Shown: positions 35,158 to 40,935 of the stretch, piece by piece | Numbering within the stretch: the first letter of the stretch is position 1 | How the letters are laid out: each line of letters opens with the position of its first letter | NCBI GenBank assembly: GCA_963978095.1 | Contig: CAXBQP010000029.1 | Location: forward strand, 1-40,935 | Length of the DNA stretch: 40,935 bases | Source: an uncultured bacterium | GTDB taxonomy: Bacteria > Gemmatimonadota > Gemmatimonadetes > Gemmatimonadales > Gemmatimonadaceae | Direction: 5' to 3' | Position numbers and translations under genes: made by a program | Notes under the pieces: generated by a model | Seen by the model: only the letters and a program-made list of their open reading frames with translations | Databases searched by the model: none | What the model was told of the DNA's origin: nothing

Positions 35158-38100
35158 CTAATGGTGCGTGGTCCTGGCGAGTACGCCGTCCGGGAGATGG
35201 TGGTCCGCCGGGGTCGCATCGCCGGCGTGCTGGTCGCGGCTCCCGCGCCGCTTGAGCCAGATCGTGAAATCGTCCAGCAGTGAATACACGACCGGCACCA
35301 CGAACAGCGTGAGCAACGTACTGGTGATCAGGCCGCCGATCACGGCGTGTGCCATCGGGGCCCGTTGTTCGGCGCCTTCCCCGATTGCGAAGGCGAGCGG
35401 GAGCATGCCGAAGATCATGGCTACCGTGGTCATGATGATCGGACGGAGGCGGATGCGTCCGGACGCGAGGATCGCCTGGAGGCGATCCTCCCCTTCCTCA
35501 CGCCGCTGGTTCACGAAATCGATCAACAGGATGCCGTTCTTGGTCACGAGTCCCATGAGCATGATGATGCCGATCATGCTCATCACGTTGATGGTGCCCT
35601 TGGTGACCAGCAGGGCGAGCATGACGCCCAGGAAGCTGAGCGGCAGCGCGAGCATGATGGCCAGCGGCTGCAGGAACGACCCGAACAGCGATGCGAGGAT
35701 CAGGTAGATGAAGATCACGGCGAGCAGCAGCGCTTCGCCGACGTATCGCTTGGTGTCGTTCAGGTCCTGGACGCTGCCGGTGAAGACGGTGCGGTAGCCG
35801 GGCGGCAGCACCAGCGAATCGATGGCGGCCTTGGCGCGGTCGGCCACGTCGCCGATGGGCGTGTTCGGCAGCACCTGTGCATTGATGCGGATCTGCCGTT
35901 CCAGCGCGCGGCGCTCGATCTGTTGCGGACCGATGCCGGCCTTGATGTCGGCGACCTGACTGAGCATGACGCCGGCCGGGAGGCCGGTGCGGCCGTCGAG
36001 CCCCGAGCCGTTGATCAGGATGTTGGCGACATCGCTTTCGTTCCGGCGGAGCGAGTCGGGGAAGATCACCACCACATCGTGCGTATATCCGGCGGGATCC
36101 TGCCACACGGAGGCACGGAACCCGCTGAAGAGCGGCTGCAACGTGTTGGCGATGGAGTTGATGCCGAGGCCGGCCGCCCAGGCTTGCTGCCGGTCGACGC
36201 TCACATTGAGCTGCGGGATGTTCCCTTCGTCACTCGATTGCGGCTCGGCCATGCCGGGGACCTTCTTCATGGCCTCGAGGACTTGGCTCGCGATGAGCTT
36301 GAGGCGCTGCGGCTCCGGCCCCTGCACGTTCACGGTGATCGGTGCCCCGCGTCCGCCGAAGATGGTCTGGGTCTGTCCGATGCTGGCGTTGATGCCGGGG
36401 AACTTGCTGAGGGAACCGCGGAGCTTATTCTGAATCTCGAACTGCGAATGCGGGCGCTCGTTCCGTGCCTTGAGCCGCAGGTTGATGTTGCCGTTGTTGA
36501 TCCCGCCGCCTCGTCCGCCGGTGGAGAGCGACGTGAAGTCGAGATCGGCCGCGAACTCCTTGCGGATGTACGCATCGAGGGCGCGGGCCTTGCCGAGCGT
36601 GTACTGGAGATTCGAGCCGGGCGCGGTGCGGAAACCCACCGAGAACTCGCCGCCGTCGAAATCCGGCATCCAGGTGAAGCCGAGTTGGGTGTAGATCACG
36701 CCGGCGAGCACCACGGACGCCACGGCCCCGCCGAGGACCATGAGGCGATGACGCATCGCCCAGCGGAGCCCATTCGGGTAGTGGTCGGCCATGCGCTCGA
36801 ACCAGCGGTCGAAGCGGAGGGCGACGCGCCGGATCGGGCCGGCGCTGTCCCATGCCGCGGCGCCATGCTGGATGGCCTCGGGATCATGCCACACCGAGGA
36901 GAGCATCGGGTCGAGCGTGAAGGACACGAAGAGCGACACGATCACCGCGAAGCTCACCGTCACGCCGAACTGGAAGAAGATCTTGCCGATCTGTCCGCCC
37001 ATGAACGCGACGGGGATGAACACCGCCACGACGGCCATGGTCGTCGCGAACACGGCAAGTCCGATCTCGTCGGTGCCTTCCTTGGCGGCGCGGTGGTGAT
37101 CCTTGCCCATCGCCACATGGCGCACGATGTTCTCGCGCACGACGATCGCGTCGTCGATGAGCAGGCCGATGGCCAGGGACAGGGCCAGCAGCGTCATCGT
37201 GTTCACGGTGAATCCGAGCGCCCACATCGCGAAGAACGCGGAGATGATCGAGACGGGCAGGGTGAGCCCCGTGATGACCGTGGAACGCCAGGAGTTCAGG
37301 AACAGATAGATGATGAGGACCGTGAGCACGGCACCGACGCCGATGGTCAGCTGCACATCTTCCAGCGACGAGCGGATGCGCCGGGAATCGTCCTTGGTCA
37401 GTCGCAACTGGACGTCGGCCGGCAGTTGGCGCTCGATCTCGCTGAGCACGCTCTTGATGTTGTCGGCGACCTGCACCGTGTTGGAGCCGGAGATCTTGAG
37501 GACGTCGAGCGAGAGCGCGACGGTGTCCTTGTACAGCGATGCCGAGCGGCGCTCGGCGATCGTGTCGAGTACCGTGGCGACGTCTCGGACGCGCACCGGG
37601 GATCCGTTGCGGACCGTGATGACGAGGTCACGGAAGTTGAGCGGATCGGTGAGGCGCCCCGTGACGCGGACGCCGCGTTCGGTATCGCCCTTCTTGATGC
37701 GGCCGGCGGGCACTTCACGATTCTCGCGGTCGAGCGCGGTGCTGACCTGATCGGGGCTCAATCCGTAGGCCCGCATCGCAGCCGGGTCGAGCTCGACATG
37801 GATCTCCCGTGTCGCCGCCCCGCTCAGCTGGACGCCGCCGACGCCATTGACACTCTCCAGGCGCGGTCGGATGACCTGGTCGCCCAGGTCCGTGAGTTCG
37901 CGGAGCGAGCGTTCCTTGCTCAGCACGGCGACCGTCAGAATCGGCGAGTCGTTGGGGTCGTAGCGGGAGATCGACGGTTCCCCGATGTCACGCGGCAGTT
38001 GGCGACGGATGCGTCCCACCTTGGCCGAGACTTCCGGCTGCATGCGGGTGGGATCGATCCCGAGCTTGAACTGCAGTCGCACGTTGGCGCTGCCCTCCGA

Positions 38101-38352
38101 GGAGGTCGAACTGAGCTCGTACAGGCCGTCCACGGTATTCAACGCCGTCTCGATCGGTCGGGACACTTCGCGCTCGACCACCTCCGGCGAGGCGCCGGGG
38201 TAGGACACGTTGACCGTGATGATCGGGTAGGTGACGTCGGGATATTCGTCGACGGCGAGTCGACTGTACGAGGCGACGCCGAGAACGACCAACGCCACCA
38301 TCATCATGGTGGCGAAGACCGGACGCTTGATGGAAACGTCGGAGAGGAACAT
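35158..38352 (-). CDS. RND efflux transporter permease (AcrB/HAE1-like)
   Basis: IKRPVFA, YPGASPE, proton-relay IDDAIVVRENI, TKNGILL and RLRPIIMT. 1064 aa. Confidence 0.95.
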   Translation of the reverse strand: MFLSDVSIKRPVFATMMMVALVVLGVASYSRLAVDEYPDVTYPIITVNVSYPGASPEVVEREVSRPIETALNTVDGLYELSSTSSEGSANVRLQFKLGIDPTRMQPEVSAKVGRIRRQLPRDIGEPSISRYDPNDSPILTVAVLSKERSLRELTDLGDQVIRPRLESVNGVGGVQLSGAATREIHVELDPAAMRAYGLSPDQVSTALDRENREVPAGRIKKGDTERGVRVTGRLTDPLNFRDLVITVRNGSPVRVRDVATVLDTIAERRSASLYKDTVALSLDVLKISGSNTVQVADNIKSVLSEIERQLPADVQLRLTKDDSRRIRSSLEDVQLTIGVGAVLTVLIIYLFLNSWRSTVITGLTLPVSIISAFFAMWALGFTVNTMTLLALSLAIGLLIDDAIVVRENIVRHVAMGKDHHRAAKEGTDEIGLAVFATTMAVVAVFIPVAFMGGQIGKIFFQFGVTVSFAVIVSLFVSFTLDPMLSSVWHDPEAIQHGAAAWDSAGPIRRVALRFDRWFERMADHYPNGLRWAMRHRLMVLGGAVASVVLAGVIYTQLGFTWMPDFDGGEFSVGFRTAPGSNLQYTLGKARALDAYIRKEFAADLDFTSLSTGGRGGGINNGNINLRLKARNERPHSQFEIQNKLRGSLSKFPGINASIGQTQTIFGGRGAPITVNVQGPEPQRLKLIASQVLEAMKKVPGMAEPQSSDEGNIPQLNVSVDRQQAWAAGLGINSIANTLQPLFSGFRASVWQDPAGYTHDVVVIFPDSLRRNESDVANILINGSGLDGRTGLPAGVMLSQVADIKAGIGPQQIERRALERQIRINAQVLPNTPIGDVADRAKAAIDSLVLPPGYRTVFTGSVQDLNDTKRYVGEALLLAVIFIYLILASLFGSFLQPLAIMLALPLSFLGVMLALLVTKGTINVMSMIGIIMLMGLVTKNGILLIDFVNQRREEGEDRLQAILASGRIRLRPIIMTTVAMIFGMLPLAFAIGEGAEQRAPMAHAVIGGLITSTLLTLFVVPVVYSLLDDFTIWLKRRGSRDQHAGDATPADHHLPDGVLARTTHH

Positions 38353-39701
38353 CAGGGTGCTCCCTTCTTCCGGTGTTCGCCTTTGCCGTCACCCATGGCG
38401 TTCTTGCCGTCGCTCTTGCCGTCGCTGTTCCCCTCGCTCTTTCCGCCGCGTCCCCCTCGACCGCCGCGTCCCCCCCCGGCTTTGGTGTCGGTACCGAGGA
38501 CGGTCGCCTTCATGCCACGTCCGAGTGTTCCCGGATTGCCGACCACGACGACATCCCGCTCCTCCACCCCCGCGAGGATCTCCACGACGCCCCGGGCGTC
38601 GTCGGAAATGCCGGTCTTCACCGTGGCCGCGCTCAGCGTTCCTCCTTCGACCTTGTAGACCATCGGCTTCCCGTCGACCGGGCTGATGCGGACCGCCGCC
38701 TGCGGGATGACCAGTGCGTTGGCGACCGTGCGGGCGATGATCTGCCCCGTGGCAAAGGTGTTGCCCTTGAGCGCGTTGCGCGGATTCGGAATCTGGATGT
38801 AGACCGTGATGTTCCGCGAGGTGGGATCGATCGTCGGGCTGACGCGGGCGACCTTGCCGGTGAACGGCTTGCCATCGGCGGAGAAACGGGTGAGCTGTCC
38901 CTCGCGCACGCCACCGGCCAACTTGGCGGGGAGCGCGGCCGTGAGCTCGAGGGTCTCGTTGCGCACGAGGGTGAAGAGGGCGGCCCCGCGGAGGGTCTGC
39001 TCGCCGTTCTGCACGCTTTTGGTGCTGATGATGCCGGCGACGGGCGCGACGACCCGCATGTCGCGCATGACGTTCTGCGCGGTCCGCAACCGGGCCTCGG
39101 ATGCCGCGAGGCGCGCCTTGGCGGCCTCGGCGGTCTGCTGGGAGGTGCGCAGGTCGCGTTCCGCGATCGCGCCGGCCTTGAACAGCACGGCGTTCTGCTC
39201 CGCGGTCCACTTCTGCGTCTCGTAGTCGCTCTGCGTGGCGAGACGATCGGCCTCGGCCGACGCGAGGGCGGCCTCCTGTTCCGTCGACTCGAACTTCGCG
39301 AGCAGCTGTCCCGCCTTCACCGCCTGTCCTTCGCGGACGAGCACCTGCTCGAGGATGCCATCGCTGCGTGTGCGCACCGCGATCGTCTCGACGGGGCGCA
39401 GATCGCCGGAGATCGGCAGTCCGGCTTCGATGCTCCCGCGGCCGACCTTGTAGACGTCGGTCGCGGAGAGAATGACCGAGGCCGTGCGCTCGCCGCCCCC
39501 ACGACCATCCCTGCCGCCCCTGCCGCCGCCGGATCCCTTCTTGGCATCGGTGGGCGCGTCGGATTTCTTGGCGTCGCCCTGCGGGGCCTGCGCACCAGCG
39601 ACGGACGGTGCCACGACGAGCACGAGCGCGCACCACCCGGTTGCGGCGTAACGGTTCAGGCGCAGGCGGGCGCGCGCCGGATCAGCGATTCGAAGGTGCA
39701 C
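38352..39701 (-). CDS. RND periplasmic adaptor (membrane fusion protein)
   Basis: VREGQAVKAGQLL, VAPVAG, GKVARVSPTIDP.SR and ALVIP. Start inferred at GTG 39701 (AGGA upstream), giving a signal-like N-terminus. Confidence 0.9.
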   Translation of the reverse strand: MHLRIADPARARLRLNRYAATGWCALVLVVAPSVAGAQAPQGDAKKSDAPTDAKKGSGGGRGGRDGRGGGERTASVILSATDVYKVGRGSIEAGLPISGDLRPVETIAVRTRSDGILEQVLVREGQAVKAGQLLAKFESTEQEAALASAEADRLATQSDYETQKWTAEQNAVLFKAGAIAERDLRTSQQTAEAAKARLAASEARLRTAQNVMRDMRVVAPVAGIISTKSVQNGEQTLRGAALFTLVRNETLELTAALPAKLAGGVREGQLTRFSADGKPFTGKVARVSPTIDPTSRNITVYIQIPNPRNALKGNTFATGQIIARTVANALVIPQAAVRISPVDGKPMVYKVEGGTLSAATVKTGISDDARGVVEILAGVEERDVVVVGNPGTLGRGMKATVLGTDTKAGGGRGGRGGRGGKSEGNSDGKSDGKNAMGDGKGEHRKKGAP

Positions 39702-40935
39702 TGGACAATCCTGAGTTGGAGCGGACCGGCACCGTCCCCCCGGTGGGGAGCGGAATCGGTCGGCCACGCAGACGGGCCAGATCGGCCGCGGCGAGGTAGA
39801 GGTCGTACGTGGAACGTGCTTCCGTGGACTTGGCGGTCAGCAATGCGAGCTGCGCGTCGGACACCTCGACCTGGGTCGAGAGGCCGCGCGAGAATCGCAA
39901 GGTCGCCAGCTCGAATGCTTCCTGGGCTTCGGCGGCATTCACCGTGCGGGCGTTGTACGCCAACTGCGCGCGGCCGAACTCGGCGCGCGCGCGGGCGATT
40001 TCGAGCGACGCGGCTTCCTGCACTTGATGCAGCGCCGTCTCGGAGATCTTGGTGGCCGCACGCGCGAGGTCGACATTCCCCTTCGTGCGCAGTCCGTCGA
40101 AGACCGCCCAGGTCATGGTCACGGTGAAGCTGCGGTCGGGGAAGAAACCGTTGTTCTGGCAGAGCTTGGCGGTACTGCCGACCGGGCAGAAGGCGGCAGA
40201 GGTCGCCCCGAGACGGTCCGGGAATCCGTTGACCGACGGCAGCGCGAGATAGCCCCAGTTGAAGGTCGCGGTGATGCTCGGGAGATAATCCCCGCGTGCG
40301 ACGCGCACGGCTTCTTGCCGGGACCGCAGCGAGAACTCCGCCGAACGGACCGAACCGCGGATCTCGTCGGCGAGATGGTCGTTCGCGACGGCGTTGACCA
40401 CCTGACGCACCATCGCGGTGTCCAGCGCCGTGGTGAGCAGGAGTGGGCGGTCGGCCTCCAGATCGAGCAATCGCTTCACGTCGAGGAGCGCGACATCACG
40501 ATCCGAGTGCGCCTGAATGGCCAGGGGCTCGATGTTCGCACGGTCGACGCGCGCCCGGAGCACGTCGAACCGCGCGGCACGTCCCGCAGCGAACAGCTTC
40601 TCGACCTGCGCGAGGCGGTCGGAGGAAAGTTTCAGGTTCTCGTCCTGCAGGGCCGCGAGCCGGGCGAGGTAGAGCGCGTTGAGGTAGCTCCGCTGGATGT
40701 CGACCGCGAGCCGCGCGCGCGTTTCGCCGGCGTCGAACCGCACCGCCTGTCGGGTGTTGTCGGCCGCACGCGTGGCGGCGACGATCTTGCCCCCCTGGAA
40801 CAGGGTCTGCGAGAGCGCGAAGGTGTTGTTGTACGTGTAGGATTGCCCGAAGACCGACCCCACGATCTCGGCGCGCGCATTGGTGAGCACCTGGCTGTAG
40901 CTGCTGTTCAAGCGGAGCTGCGGCAGTCCCGTGGC
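39682..40935 (-). CDS. TolC-family outer-membrane efflux protein (5'-truncated)
   Basis: LSQTLFQGG, FDVLRARV, YLPSI, FDGLRT and RFSRGLSTQVEV.DAQ. The frame runs off the window end. Confidence 0.9.
   Translation of the reverse strand, partial: ATGLPQLRLNSSYSQVLTNARAEIVGSVFGQSYTYNNTFALSQTLFQGGKIVAATRAADNTRQAVRFDAGETRARLAVDIQRSYLNALYLARLAALQDENLKLSSDRLAQVEKLFAAGRAARFDVLRARVDRANIEPLAIQAHSDRDVALLDVKRLLDLEADRPLLLTTALDTAMVRQVVNAVANDHLADEIRGSVRSAEFSLRSRQEAVRVARGDYLPSITATFNWGYLALPSVNGFPDRLGATSAAFCPVGSTAKLCQNNGFFPDRSFTVTMTWAVFDGLRTKGNVDLARAATKISETALHQVQEAASLEIARARAEFGRAQLAYNARTVNAAEAQEAFELATLRFSRGLSTQVEVSDAQLALLTAKSTEARSTYDLYLAAADLARLRGRPIPLPTGGTVPVRSNSGLSSAPSNR

Noticed and set aside
35347..38658. 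Very long antisense or alternative-frame ORFs (also 30029-32539, 23168-25345, 20429-22552, 12170-14122)
   Set aside because: Stop-codon scarcity in GC-rich DNA opposite well-supported genes. They carry no recognisable motifs.
38400..39545. RGG-rich segments at both ends of the efflux adaptor as RNA-binding RGG boxes
   Set aside because: The protein is periplasmic, and such Gly/Arg linkers are common low-complexity features of secreted proteins in this type of genome.

Overview
GC-rich bacterial chromosomal window. The gene set and the GRGG-rich secreted proteins suggest Gemmatimonadota (inference). No rRNA, tRNA, CRISPR array, integrase or transposase was recognised. In order it contains: a truncated c-type cytochrome-TPR gene; an arginine cluster (argH and argR divergent from argC-argB-argD, with ARG-box-like sites); a secreted CotH-kinase-like protein divergent from a PafA-type alkaline phosphatase; Smr, aldo/keto reductase, GT-C glycosyltransferase, M28 peptidase, MoeB-rhodanese, esterase and NAPE-PLD-like MBL hydrolase genes; a four-cysteine YggX and an NrtR-like regulator. 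A long minus-strand run follows: two D-Ala-D-Ala-ligase-like ATP-grasp genes (one fused to a SET domain), a VanX/DdpX-like peptidase, a small Zn-ribbon protein, class I fumarase, MFS, GT4, GT2, methyltransferase, YhaM-like HD nuclease, TolB-like protein, S41 protease, an orphan plasmid-type replication initiator, a MerR-like HTH, an acidic/histone-H1-like protein and a TolC-MFP-RND efflux operon. The best candidates for uncharacterised systems are the ATP-grasp / ATP-grasp-SET / VanX-like cluster (19113-22792) and the H1-like / MerR-like / RepA-like trio (32659-34995). All family calls come from motif recognition by eye, not database searches.
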